From Squalus acanthias (lineage: Eukaryota), in NCBI GenBank assembly GCA_030390025.1, contig CM059433.1, positions 29,824,001 through 29,888,000 of the forward strand: a stretch of DNA of 64,000 nt, read 5' to 3'. The notes under the pieces were generated by a model. That model ran no database searches. It saw only the letters and a program-made list of their open reading frames with translations, and had not been told where the DNA came from. Within the stretch, counting starts at the first letter, position 1; each line of letters opens with the position of its first letter. The translations under genes and the position numbers were made by a program. Below, piece after piece: positions 1-11,379 of this stretch.

Positions 1-251
1 AGTTTGGGTAGTCTGGAGGAGTCGGACACCTACATCAGTGACATCGTGGAGAAACATCTGCCTGCACTGCAGTCTGTCATTGAGTATGGGGGAGTCACAC
101 CTCCAGTAAAGACATCAGTTACACAGGCCATGGGCACAGTAGGAGCAGCCCTCATTAATGCGACTACCTCTTTCTGTGGAGACTTTGGGGGTCCAAATTC
201 CGCAGTCTTCACTGACTTCAGCTTGCTTGGAGACTAGTTACAGGCAATAAA

Positions 252-600
252 AGAAAGAACTTGCATTTATATAGCGCCTTTCACATCCACAGTATGTCCC
301 AAAGTGCTTTACAGCCAGTTAGGTACTTTTGAAGTGGAGTCACTGTTGTAATGTAGGGAAACGGGGCAGCCAATTTGCACACAGCAAGGTCCCACAAACA
401 ACAATATGATAATGACCAGATAATCTGTTTCAGTGATGTTGGCTGAAGGATAAATATTGGCCCAGGACACCGGGGATAACTCCCCCACTTCTTCGAAATA
501 GTGCCCTGGGATCTTTTAGATCCACGAGAGGACAGACAGGGGCCTCAGTTTAGCGTTTCATGCAAAAGATGGCACTTCTGACAGTGCAGCGCTCCCTCAG
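252..600 (-). mobile_element. Deu-domain SINE (SacSINE1-like), 5'-truncated
   Basis: Reverse complement matches the full copy at 9733-10200, from CTGAGGGAG through the Deu core to the tail GGCGCTATATAAATGCAAG-(TCTT)n. Confidence 0.85.
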
Positions 601-714
601 CATTTCCTACATTACAGCAATGCCTACACTTCAAAAATACTTCAGTGGCTGTAAAGCGCTTTGAGACATCCGGAGATTGTGAAACGCGCGATATAAATGT
701 AAGTCTTTCTTTCT
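601..714 (+). mobile_element. Deu-SINE 3' tail fragment, inverted relative to 252-600
   Basis: catttcctacattac...gatataaatgtaagtctttctttct equals the SINE 3' end. Confidence 0.8.
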
Positions 715-1364
715 AATGAATTTCAGTGGTCTTTTTAGAAACTCTTTCTAATACCTGTCTTTGTGAGGTTATGAATGCTCAAAGCACAGTTGAATGATTG
801 CAGGATTTCTCAATACATTGCACCACTCTGTACTCATCACTACTTTTTCATAGAGCTTCAAAAACAGAGGAAATCCAACTCCTAAGGCAAATCAGACAAA
901 TAGGAAATAGGTATTCATAATATATGATGATTACATTGTTGCTTAGGGACTTTCCATTTGCAAAAGAACAGCCAAAACTGTCAGAGATAAAGACATTAAA
1001 AAAATGAGCGATCGTGTAACTATCTGAGGCTAAGGAATTTAGACAGTCAGAGCAGAAATAACCGGAGACAACGGGAGGTACAAAAAGAATTGAGAAAGAA
1101 TACAGACTTGGGAGCAATTGAGAACTTTAAAGTAAAATGCTTCAATAAAACAGGCAGAACTTCAGAGAGAAAAAACAGGGTGAAGTGTAGCTCATTCCTC
1201 CTTAACATAGTCTTATGAAATGAAGAAACAAACTAGAATGGAATGTTTTTCATTCTGGTGCTGGGGAGAGTTTGAAAATGGAGCCTTTTTCCACGGATTT
1301 GAACCAGCTATTGAACCAAATATCAATTATTCAATATGGCATGGGCAAGATGGTTAGAATATGG

Positions 1365-1770
1365 CTCTTCCCTCTAGAGAGAATATTGAGGGGTGACCTA
1401 ATAGAGCTCTTTAAAATTATGAAAGGGTTTGATAGGGTAGACGTAGAGAAGATGTTTCCACTTGTGGGGGAGAGCAAAACTAGGGGCCATAAATATAAGA
1501 TAGTCACTAATAAATCCAATAAGGAATTCAGGAGAAACTTCTTTACCCAGAGAGTGGTGAGAATGTGGAACTCGCTACCACATGGTGTAGTTGAGGCGAA
1601 TAGCATAGATGCATTTAAGGGGAAGCTAGATAAACACATGATTGAGAAAGGAATAGAACTGATAGTGTTAGATGAAGAGGGTGGGAGGAGGCTCATGTGG
1701 AGCATAAACGCCAGTATAGACCAGTTGGGCCGAATGGCCTGTGTCTGTGCTGTAGACTCGATGTAATATG
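1365..1770 (+). mobile_element. CR1 LINE 3' end (ORF2 C-terminus and 3' UTR)
   Basis: Translates to RILRGDLIELFKIMKGFDRVD...TRGHKYKI...RRNFFTQRVVRMWNSLP...FKGKLDKHM; 3' UTR gggccgaatggcctg. Confidence 0.92.
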
Positions 1771-1789
1771 TAAGGTGCAGAGTAAGATG

Positions 1790-2120
1790 CCCCCTCTATT
1801 CTGCTTTGACAGTGTGACATCATTCTAGCTTCAACAAACAATCTTGCCTGCCCCGGCATGACTTTTTCCATTTCTCACACCAGCCACTGAATGGCCTCTC
1901 TGAGTGAGCTAGCCAATCTTGGTGCCAATTTGGTAGGTTTGTACTGTGGACCCAAGTCCACTAGGAACTGGCTTGCGAGTGCCCAAACTCATTTCATGTA
2001 GAACCCTTACACAGCCAAGGGAGCGAGGAGACGTTCATCTTGTCCAGTTTAAGCTGGATTCCAACCCAGACCCCAGAGGTGAAAGGTCAGCATGCTCATC
2101 CCGTGCTCTAGCTGGCTCCC
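1790..2120 (-). mobile_element. Old tRNA-derived SINE, LF-SINE-like
   Basis: Minus-strand head CCTTTCACCTCTGGGGTCTGGGTTGGAATCCAGC (B-box-like) and body TGGCACC..TTGGC..CTCA..CAGAGAGGCCA resemble LF-SINE as recalled. Confidence 0.45.
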
Positions 2121-2530
2121 TCACCTCCTGCTACATCAGAGGGGCTTTTTCATATCTTACCATGCCCATCCTTATGGCCTCTGAGAAACTGCCAGTTAGT
2201 GCTAAATAAAGGAGGGTTTTGAACTCTGGACTTGTGCCCTCTTGGATTTGGAGATTGTTGAAACTCATATCTCTTAAGAACTTTTCTAGCCATAAAGAAA
2301 TGCGTTTCTTCAGTGCCATCAGCCTGGGCTGGATTCAAAGGATAGTGTGTCTTAACAAATTCCAATTTTCAGTCATATATAATCCAACATTTACCTTCTT
2401 ATTGAAACAGTGTTAACTTCAACTCTGACAGTCCTTTTCTTAAGTAATGTTACTTGGTGAATCTTGAATTGCACACACAAAGAATATATTGAATCTACAG
2501 TCATTTTTTCTTAAAATGTTCCAAGTATTT

Positions 2531-5472
2531 GAAGGAAGAAGGAAAGAAAGGGAGGAGTGGAAGGAAAGGGAGGAGTGGAAGGAAAGGAGGAGTGGAAGGA
2601 AAGGGAGGAAAGGGAGGAGTGGGAGGAAAGGGAGGAAAGGGAGGAGTGGGAGGAAAGGTAGGAGTGGAAGGAAAGGGAGGAAAGGGAGGAAAGGGAGGAG
2701 TGGAAGGAAAGGGAGGAAAGGGAGGAAAGGGAGGAGTGGGAGGAAAGGGAGGAAAGGGAGGAGTGGGAGGAAAGGGAGGAAAGGGAGGAGTGGAAGGAAA
2801 GGGAGGAAAGGGAGGAGTGGGAGGAAAGGGAGGAAAGGGAGGAAAGGGAGGAGTGGAAGGAAAGGGAGGAAAGGGAGGAGTGGGAGGAAAGGGAGGAAAG
2901 GGAGGAGTGGGAGGAGTGGGAGGAAAGGGAGGAAAGGGAGGAGTGGAAGGAAAGGGAGGAGTGGGAGGAAAGGGAGGAAAGGGAGGAAAGGGAGGAGTGG
3001 AAGGAAAGGGAGGAAAGGGAGGAGTGGGAGGAAAGGGAGGAAAGGGAGGAGTGGGAGGAAAGGGAGGAAAGGGAGGAAAGGGAGGAAAGGGAGGAAAGGG
3101 AGGAAAGGGAGGAAAGGGAGGAAAGGGAGGAAAGGGAGGAAAGGGAGGAAAGGGAGGAGTGGGAGGAGTGGGAGGAAAGGGAGGAAAGGGAGGAGTGGAA
3201 GGAAAGGGAGGAAAGGGAGGAAAGGGAGGAGTGGAAGGAAAGGGAGGAAAGGGAGGAGTGGGAGGAAAGGGAGGAAAGGGAGGAAAGGGAGGACTGGGAG
3301 GAAAGGGAGGAAAGGGAGGAAAGGGAGGAGTGGGAGGAAAGGGAGGAAAGGGAGGAGTGGGAGGAAAGGGAGGAAAGGGAGGAGTGGAAGGAAAGGGAGG
3401 AAAGGGAGGAAAGGGAGGAGTGGAAGGAAAGGGAGGAAAGGGAGGAGTGGAAGGAAAGGGAGGAAAGGGAGGAGTGGGAGGAAAGGGAGGAAAGGGAGGA
3501 GTGGGAGGAAAGGGAGGAAAGGGAGGAAAGGGAGGAGTGGAAGGAAAGGGAGGAAAGGGAGGAAAGGGAGGAAAGGGAGGAAAGGGAGGAGTGGGAGGAA
3601 AGGGAGGAAAGGGAGGAGTGGAAGGAAAGGGAGGAAAGGGAGGAGTGGAAGGAAAGGGAGGAAAGGGAGGCGTGGGAGGAAAGGGAGGCGTGGGAGGAAA
3701 GGGAGGAAAGGGAGGAAAGGGAGGAGTGGGAGGAAAGGGAGGAGTGGAAGGAAAGGGAGGAGTGGAAGGAAAGGGAGGAGTGGAAGGAAAGGGAGGAGTT
3801 GAAGGAAAGGGAGGAAAGGGAGGAGTGGAAGGAAAGGGAGGAGTGGGAGGAAAGGGAGGAGTGGAAGGAAAGGGAGGAGTGGGAGGAAAGGGAGGAGTGG
3901 GAGGAAAGGGAGGAGTGGAAGGAAAGGGAGGAAAGGGAGGAAAGGGAGGAGTGGAAGGAAAGGGAGGAAAGGGAGGAAAGGGAGGAGTGGGAGGAAAGGG
4001 AGGAAAGGGAGGAGTGGGAGGAAAGGGAGGAGTGGGAGGAAAGGGAGGAGTGGGAGGAAAGGGAGGAGTGGAAGGAAAGGGAGGAAAGGGAGTAAAGGGA
4101 GGAAAGGGAGGAGTGGGAGGAAAGGGAGGAAAGGGAGGAGTGGGAGGAAAGGGAGGAAAGGGAGGAGTGGGAGGAGTGGGAGGAGTGGGAGGAGTGGGAG
4201 GAGTGGGAGGAAAGGGAGGAGTGGGAGGAAAGGGAGGAAAGGGAGGAGTGGAAGGAAAGGGAGGAAAGGGAGGAAAGGGAGGAGTGGAAGGAAAGGGAGG
4301 AAAGGGAGGAGTGGAAGGAAAGGGAGGAAAGGGAGGAGTGGGAGGAAAGGCAGGAAAGGGAGGAGTGGGAGGAAAGGGAGGAAAGGGAGGAGTGGAAGGA
4401 AAGGGAGGAAAGGGAGGAAAGGGAGGAGTGGAAGGAAAGGGAGGAAAGGGAGGAGTGGAAGGAAAGGGAGGAAAGGGAGGAGTGGGAGGAAAGGGAGGAA
4501 AGGGAGGAGTGGGAGGAAAGGGAGGAAAGGGAGGAGTGGAAGGAAAGGGAGGAAAGGGAGGAGTGGAAGGAAAGGGAGGAAAGGGAGGCGTGGGAGGAAA
4601 GGGAGGCGTGGGAGGAAAGGGAGGCGTGGGAGGAAAGGGAGGAAAGGGAGGAGTGGGAGGAAAGGGAGGAAAGGGAGGAAAGGGAGGAGTGGAAGGAAAG
4701 GGAGGAAAGGGAGGAGTGGAAGGAAAGGGAGGAGTGGAAGGAAAGGGAGGAGTGGAAGGAAAGGGAGGAGTTGAAGGAAAGGGAGGAGTGGAAGGAAAGG
4801 GAGGAAAGGGAGGAGTGGAAGGAAAGGGAGGAGTGGGAGGAAAGGGAGGAGTGGGAGGAAAGGGAGGAGTGGAAGGAAAGGGAGGAGTGGAAGGAAAGGG
4901 AGGAAAGGGAGGAAAGGGAGGAGTGGGAGGAAAGGGAGGAAAGGGAGGAAAGGGAGGAGTGGGAGGAAAGGGAGGAAAGGGAGGAGTGGGAGGAGTGGGA
5001 GGAAAGGGAGGAGTGGAAGGAAAGGGAGGAAAGGGAGGAGTGGGAGGAGTGGGAGGAGTGGGAGGAGTGGGAGGAGTGGAAGGAAAGGGAGGAAAGGGAG
5101 GAGTGGAAGGAAAGGGAGGAAAGGGAGGAAAGGGAGGAAAGGGAGGAGTGGGAGGAAAGGGAGGAAAGGGAGGAGTGGAAGGAAAGGGAGGAAAGGGAGG
5201 AAAGGGAGGAAAGGGAGGAAAGGGAGGAAAGGGAGGAAAGGGAGGAGTGGGAGGAAAGGGAGGAAAGGGAGGAAAGGGAGGAAAGGGAGGAGTGGGAGGA
5301 AAGGGAGGAGTGGGAGGAAAGGGAGGAAAGGGAGGAAAGGGAGGAGTGGGAGGAAAGGGAGGAGTGGGAGGAGTGGGAGGAAAGGGAGGAGTGGGAGGAG
5401 TGGGAGGAGTGGGAGGAGTGGGAGGAGTGGGAGGAAAGGGAGGAGTGGGAGAAGTGGGAGGAGTGGGAGGAA
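2531..5472 (+). repeat. Polypurine 9-bp tandem repeat (GGAGGAAAG / GGAGGAGTG / GAAGGAAAG)
   Basis: About 2.9 kb built almost entirely from three 9-mers; directly abuts a minus-strand SINE tail. Confidence 0.98.
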
Positions 5473-5595
5473 AGAAAGACTTGCATTTCTACAGCGCCAT
5501 TCACGACCACCTAAAGCGCTTTACAGCCAATGAAGTACTTTTGAAGTGTAGTCACTGTTGTAATGTAGGAAACGCGGCAGCCAATTTGCACACAG
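5473..5595 (-). mobile_element. Deu-SINE 3' tail fragment
   Basis: aagaaagacttgcatttctacagcgcc...aatttgcacacag is the reverse complement of the SINE 3' end. Confidence 0.85.
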
Positions 5596-5597
5596 AA

Positions 5598-5945
5598 AGT
5601 ACTGAGGGAATGCTGCACTGTCAGAAGTGCCGTCTTTCGAATAAGCCATTAAACCGAGGCCCAATCTGCCCTCTCAGGTGGATGTAAAAGATCCCATGGA
5701 CACTTTTTAAGAAGAGCAGGGGAGCTCTCCCCGGTGTTCTGGCCAATATTTATCCCTCAACTACTAGGACAGATTATTTGGTCTTTATCACATTGCTGTT
5801 TGTGAGAATTTTCTATGTGCAAATTGGCTGCCGCGTTTCCTACATTACAACAGTGACTACACTTCAAAAGTACTTAATTGGCTGTAAAGAGCGTTAGGGC
5901 TTCCTGAGGTTGTGAAAGATGCTATAGATATGCAAGGTCTTGCTT
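5598..5945 (+). mobile_element. Deu-SINE, 5'-truncated
   Basis: gtactgagggaatgctgcactgtc...gatcccatgg...gctatagatatgcaag. Confidence 0.85.
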
Positions 5946-6589
5946 TATAAACATCAAATAGCCCCCTTACTTTTATCCATATTATACTTGTTGCAAACAT
6001 ATACTGTTCTACTCAACTCTTCAATTATTTATAGAACTGCTTTCTGCTTTCATATTCTGTAACACACCATTCTGAATTAATAAGCTCTCTTCCATTTATT
6101 TTCAGACAGTTGCACTAAAACTTTCATGTTACCAACACTGGTGCTTTCAGTAGTTTTACTGTGGTACTTTTATTTGAATGACAGTAACAATTCTGTAGAA
6201 AATAATCTATTCAGATATCTCCCACACCTGTAGTCAGCTTGAACCGTTTCAGGAAAAAATGTTGGAAAAGCAAATGTCGCTCTCGCTGAACAGTGATACG
6301 TGTCCGTACTTCTCTGCAGAAAGAATTGAATCCAGATCAAATGCAGTTTTAGGCGGAAGCTTTATGCCGTGGTCTGTGTCTAAAACAAGGATGCAAGAGT
6401 GTAGAGACACCAATGTGTTTTGAAAAAGCAAACAATGCTTGTTTTAATTTCATTGTTTGAATATGGTTTTCAAAATTCTGGAACTATTGAAAGGCTGTTC
6501 TTGTGTTGCAGCACGAGTGGGTGTTAAAGGAGCAACGTGCAAGGCTGGCAGCCCATTCCCACATTCGTACCGGTCAGCAATTTTAGCGA

Positions 6590-6790
6590 AGAGACAGCGA
6601 AGCAGAGAAAGAAAACAGATAAGAGAGAAAGAATAAATGTGTGAGTGAGGAGGGAGAGAGAGAGAGAGAAAGAGAAAAGAGAGAGAGAGAAACAGAAAAA
6701 GAGAAAAGAGAAAATGAGAGAAAGAGAGGAGGAGAGAGGCAGAGAGAGAGAAAAGAGAGACAGAGAGAATAAATAAATAAATAATAAAGA
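6590..6790 (+). repeat. GA-rich low-complexity tract and (AATA)n
   Basis: Direct inspection. Confidence 0.8.
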
Positions 6791-6804
6791 CAATTAGAAA
6801 TTTT

Positions 6805-7018
6805 ATAGAGGTGATTAATAGTTATTCTGCTTCTCAAAATATTAAAAGGATTTGATAGGGTGGATACGAAGCAATTATTTCCTCTGGTGGGGAATTCCCA
6901 TCTAAGAGGGCATAATCTTAGATTGGAGCTAGGCCGTTCAGGAGGGAAATCAGGAAGCACTTTTTCCACACGAAGTGTAATAGAAATCTATTGGCCTCCT
7001 CCTGTTCCTATGTTCCTA
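6805..7018 (+). mobile_element. Degraded CR1 3' fragment
   Basis: KILKGFDRVD...RGHNLRL...FRREIRKHFF-like sequence, ending ggcctcctcctgttcctatgttcc. Confidence 0.75.
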
Positions 7019-7109
7019 GTTTTTAGGCATTTGAGTTAAATATTTGAAATCTGCCCGTGTTATGAGCTCCAAACACTTTACAATGTTCAAGGAAAATAAA
7101 GGACATAAA

Positions 7110-7909
7110 GGGGGCGATTTTGCCAGTCCTGGGGAGGCGGGTATGGAGGCGGGACTGCCGGGAAAATGGCAGAATTTGGGGGCGGGTGCCTAACCCGCCT
7201 CCATGCCATCTTCCAGGAGGCGGGTAGCCGTCCCGCGCCGGGTCCCGTCTCCTTGGAGGCAGGAAGGGATTAAAGCCTATTAACTGCCTGTTAACAGGCA
7301 GAAAATAGGATTATCCCCTTTTTGCCCTCAAGTGCGGGCTTCCCGAAGGCTCCGAAACCCGCCAGCTCAGTGAGGCGAGTAGTGGGTCTGCGGGGGTCGG
7401 GGGGGGGGGGTGCAAAAGTGTGCTGTGAAGGTAAGTGATGGGTGCAAGAGTGGAGAGGTGAGTATCTGAGGTAAGTGCAAAGTGTTATTAAAAGTGTACT
7501 TACCTTTGTTTCTTCTTGCAGGCTTCAGTCGGTGTGTATGCGGAGAGTCTCGCACCTCCGCGTTGGGGATGACAGATGGCCATTGCATTCTCAGATGCAA
7601 CAACCATCTCATTTCTACAAAAGAAAGAAGTTTGATGAGGTCTTGAATTCAAGGCCTCATCAAACTACAGAGAATGTCAGTGTTTGACAGCTTCACAGAG
7701 CTGTCAAACGATGACAATTCATCTGTCATACTTTGACGTTCTCTGTAACTGGCTTTCCCTTAATTGGCCTGCGAAGCCCGCTGGGCGGGCTTAACAAGGT
7801 CAATCAAGGGACAATAGCATGGGTTGGCCAGAAGTTGTTGGAGGCGGGACTGAAACCCAACAAGTGGGAGTCCCGCCTCCAAAAGCTCCCCATTGGCAAA
7901 ATCACCCCC
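7110..7909 (+). mobile_element. Non-autonomous TIR transposon, PIF/Harbinger-like (family A), 800 bp
   Basis: TIRs GGGGGCGATTTTGCCA / TGGCAAAATCACCCCC; flanks (T)AAA and TAA; homologous to 47548-48391 and to the 367-bp half-copies in the satellite. Confidence 0.85.
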
Positions 7910-7944
7910 TAAGTTTCTCCTATCTACTTAGTTTAAATATATCT

Positions 7945-8132
7945 CTCGACCTCTCTCTCCGCCTTTAAGATGCTTTTAAAACCTATTCTCTTTGACCAAG
8001 TTTTCGGTCACCTGTCCTAATATCCCCTTATGTGGCTCGGTGTCAAACTTTGTCTGATTACGCTCCTGTGAAGCGCCTTGGGACGTTTTCCTACGTTAAA
8101 GGCCCTTTATAAATGCAAGTTGTTTTTGTTGT
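7945..8132 (+). mobile_element. L2 LINE 3' end
   Basis: ctttgaccaag...ctgtgaagcgccttgggacgtttt..cgttaaaggc...ataaatgcaagttgtt; tail shared with the SINE. Confidence 0.75.
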
Positions 8133-8770
8133 AATTCCTTTGCATGTGGGATTTTATATAGTCCAATTAAAGCAGTCCTAAATACAATTATATTTTTAGT
8201 TATCCATTTTCTTTTCAAATAAATAATTTCTCCATTTGCTACGCACGCTCTCAATTGTGAAAGGACAATTCTATTAAAAAGCTCCATTTCTGTATTACCA
8301 AACCACGCACAAACTGACTAAAAGAACAGCACATCAATGCTAGAATCAGCACTGCCCTCATTCATAACACACAAGGATCAATTCCACTCCATACAGACCT
8401 TATCAATTTATATGTTACCAATGGCTAGGAATTGTGAAGTGATTGAATTGCATCAAGAAGCGACAGAAGTCTCAGGATTGAGACACAAGCTAGGTAGATA
8501 CTCGTGATGAATAGAAAGGACTGAGAGATAGGAGACACAAACTCAAGTAAGAGACACACAAAGGAGTCAAGAAAGAGAGACAGACTTGGTACAATGAGAC
8601 ATGGCAGAAAAAGGACTCAGCAATAAGTAAGAGATTCAAGTAAGGCTTGAGTAGAAATTCTCGAGCGAAGCACATGAAAACGTCTTCAATAACATACATG
8701 ACAAAACAACAGACTAATGGGCAAGACTCAAGGGTCACAGATACAAAAGATGCTCATAAAGCCACAAGAG

Positions 8771-8773
8771 ATA

Positions 8774-8811
<38 letters not shown>

Positions 8812-9180
8812 ATTGTGGGTTCAAATCCCACCTGAGAGATTTGGGCACAAAAGCTAAACTGTCGGAGTTGCTGCCTTTTGAATGAGACCTAAAACCGAGG
8901 CCTTGTGTGCCCCTTCAGGTGGACATAAAAGATTCCCTGGAACTATCTTGAAGAAGAACAGGGGAGTTTGTCCTGGATGATATTTATCCCTCAACCAACC
9001 TCCTTGAAACAGATAATCTGGACATTATCACATTGCTGCTTGTGAGAGCTTGCTGTGCGCAAATTGGCTCCTGTGTTTCTGACAATACTACGGTGACTAC
9101 ACTTCTAAAGTACTTCATTGCTGTAAAGCTTTTTGGGACATTGTGAAAAGTGCTATATAAATACAAGTTTGTTCTTTTTT
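8771..9180 (+). mobile_element. Deu-SINE
   Basis: tRNA head TGGCTCAGTGG...GGTTCAAATCC, Deu core and tail. Confidence 0.85.
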
Positions 9181-9599
9181 CTTATTTTGCACTCTCTCTA
9201 ATCTTTGATCGCTCGGTAGTTCATTGGCGACAAACTCAAGCTTTCTCTGCTCCTGTTTGTCGAACAGAAATGTTGCAAATTCATGCTCTCCATATGGAGC
9301 ATGTATCAAGAAATTCAGGCACGGAGGTGAGTGGGCCCCACAGCATTTTCCACTTCAATTCCGATTTCTTTCCAATTTATTATTTTTTTTACAGCCATGC
9401 CCTTGCCCTTATTAATTCTCTTTATCAAATGCATATGGGATGAGCTGCAGATGCTAAAGCAAAATCAAATTTCACTGCTTGCCTGATCACTTCTAACTTC
9501 ACTGTTATGGAACGCAAATTGGTTCTCAGAATTGGATTCTGGGAAAAGAATTGCAAGAAAAAAAATGGAAACAAAGCGATCCACTCTACCAGTACATAA

Positions 9600-10343
9600 C
9601 CTGCACTCCTCCAATCTGGCCTCTTGTTCATCCTCCACTTCCTTCACTCCACTATTGGCAGCCATGTCTTCAGCTGCCTAGGCCCTAATCTCTCGAATTC
9701 CCTCCCTAACCCTCTCCGCCTCTCTCTCCTCTGTGTCAGCCATGGCTCAGTGGGTAGCGCTCTCGCCTCTGAGTCAGAAGGTTGTGGGTGCAAGTCCCAC
9801 GTCAGAGACTTGAGCACAAAATCTAGGCTGACACTCCAGTGCAGTACTGAGGGAGTGCTGCACTGTCGGAGGTGTCGTCTTTCAGATGAGACGTTAAACC
9901 AAGACCCCTCTGCCCTCTCAGGTGGAAGCCAAAGATCCCATGGCACTATTTTGAAGAAGAGCAGGGGAGTTCTCCCCGGTGTACTGGCCAATATTTATCC
10001 GTTAACCAACATCACAAAAAACAGATTATATGGTCACTATCACATTGTTGTTTGTGGGACCTTGCTGTGCACAAATTGGCTGTCGCGTTTCCAACATTAT
10101 AACAGTGACCACACTTCTAAAGTATTTCATTGGCTGTAAAGCGCTTTGGGACATTCTGAGGTCGTGGAAGGTGCTTTATAAATGTAAGTCCTTCTTTCTT
10201 TAAGTAGCTCCTTAAGGCCTACCTCTTTCACCTGTCCTGATGGCTCCTTCTTTAGCTCGGTGTCAAATTGTTTGATAACGTTGCTGTGAAGCACCTTGGG
10301 ACGTTTTACTGCATTTAAGGCGCTATATAAATGCTAGTTGTTG
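9600..10343 (+). mobile_element. L2 3' end interrupted by a SINE
   Basis: L2 sequence 9600-9732 resumes at ~10201 and ends aaggcgctatataaatgctagttgttg. Confidence 0.75.
9733..10200 (+). mobile_element. Full-length Deu-SINE (SacSINE1-like; tRNA head, Deu core, L2-like tail)
   Basis: A-box TGGCTCAGTGG, B-box-like GGTGCAAGTCC, core CAGTACTGAGGGAGTGCTGCACTGTCGGAGG...GATCCCATGGCACTATTT, (TCTT)n tail. Confidence 0.9.
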
Positions 10344-11379
10344 AAGTCAGTTGTTTACGCAGTAGAAGTTGATCCAGCAGGTTAAGGGTTAAGCTTCAGT
10401 CCGTGAAGCAGGGCAGTTGCAGCTGAAGCCACAGCACCCCGCCATCAGGAGACTGCAACGAAAATGACGGCTGTTGTTTATGTAATGATGGATAACAACA
10501 TGCACCCGGCCTCATTGTAAAGAAAGGCCTCGTCATGAAAATTCATCCTCCCGCTATGTAAAGAGGATTGCAGTGCGAATCGGGCTTCATTTAAACTGGG
10601 AGAATGTCAGTCTCTCTGGGTCTGGAGAAGCCTTGCAACTGTTTCCTGTGTATTATGCATCTTGGGAATGAGACAGTGGAAGTGCTCACACCGAGATTGT
10701 TCGAAGAATAATGAATAATGAAGATTTTGGCAACTGGAATTTCTTTCCCCAGGCTGCCAGAGGTTGTCAATTGTTAGCAATTCAATGCTGAAGGAGTTCC
10801 ATTCTCTAAAGACTTGTAACCAGGAGGGAAGGGGTGGGAAAGAGAAAGTCATATTTAAAGCCATTTTTTTTCCCCTTCATACTCAGATGGATCATTTGTC
10901 TCCCAGTCCTCTTGGAACTTTCCAGCAGGAAGGTGGGGAGGGAATAGACAATTGATCCAGCGCGGTTGTTATATTATTTATGTGTTTGTTCTGCTTATCA
11001 GGATCTGACTAAAGAAAGGTCAGGGAAGAGCAGGAATTAAAAGAGCGCTGCAGCTGATATTAAAAGGGAATCGGGCGATAATTAAAAGTAACTTTGTGCA
11101 AACATTAGCATAATGGTTTCAGTCACATGACATGAGTGAAACTGCACAAGTACAATATTAAACCAAAGTAATGAAAATGAAAAATGTATGAGAAACTTAT
11201 TTTAATTCCGCACAGTTATTTCCCTGGTAAATTATTCAAAAGTATGACAAATACCGATAGGTGTGATACATAGATTTGCATGCAACGCCTGTTAAGTTAA
11301 CCCTGAAACCTTTTTGTTCTCTCCTTTTCATATTATGAAAATGTCATTATTACTTTAAGTGGATTAACATTTATTTAAT

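Noticed and set aside
854..1190. Plus-strand exon pair (ASKTEEIQLLRQIRQIGNR / DFPFAKEQPK)
   Set aside because: The implied intron is only ~36 bp, stops follow quickly and there is no recognisable homology
2489..5687. ORFs of 437-1052 aa (GGK/GRK/SSL/ERE repeats)
   Set aside because: Translations of a stop-free 9-bp microsatellite, open in several frames and both strands, running into a SINE
6228..6380. Minus-strand exon TDHGIKLPPKTAFDLDSILSAEK
   Set aside because: Stops in all frames before the best donor; no recognisable domain
9740..9800. tRNA gene
   Set aside because: tRNA-derived SINE head continuing into the Deu core; same at 8771, 12273, 38185 and 41947
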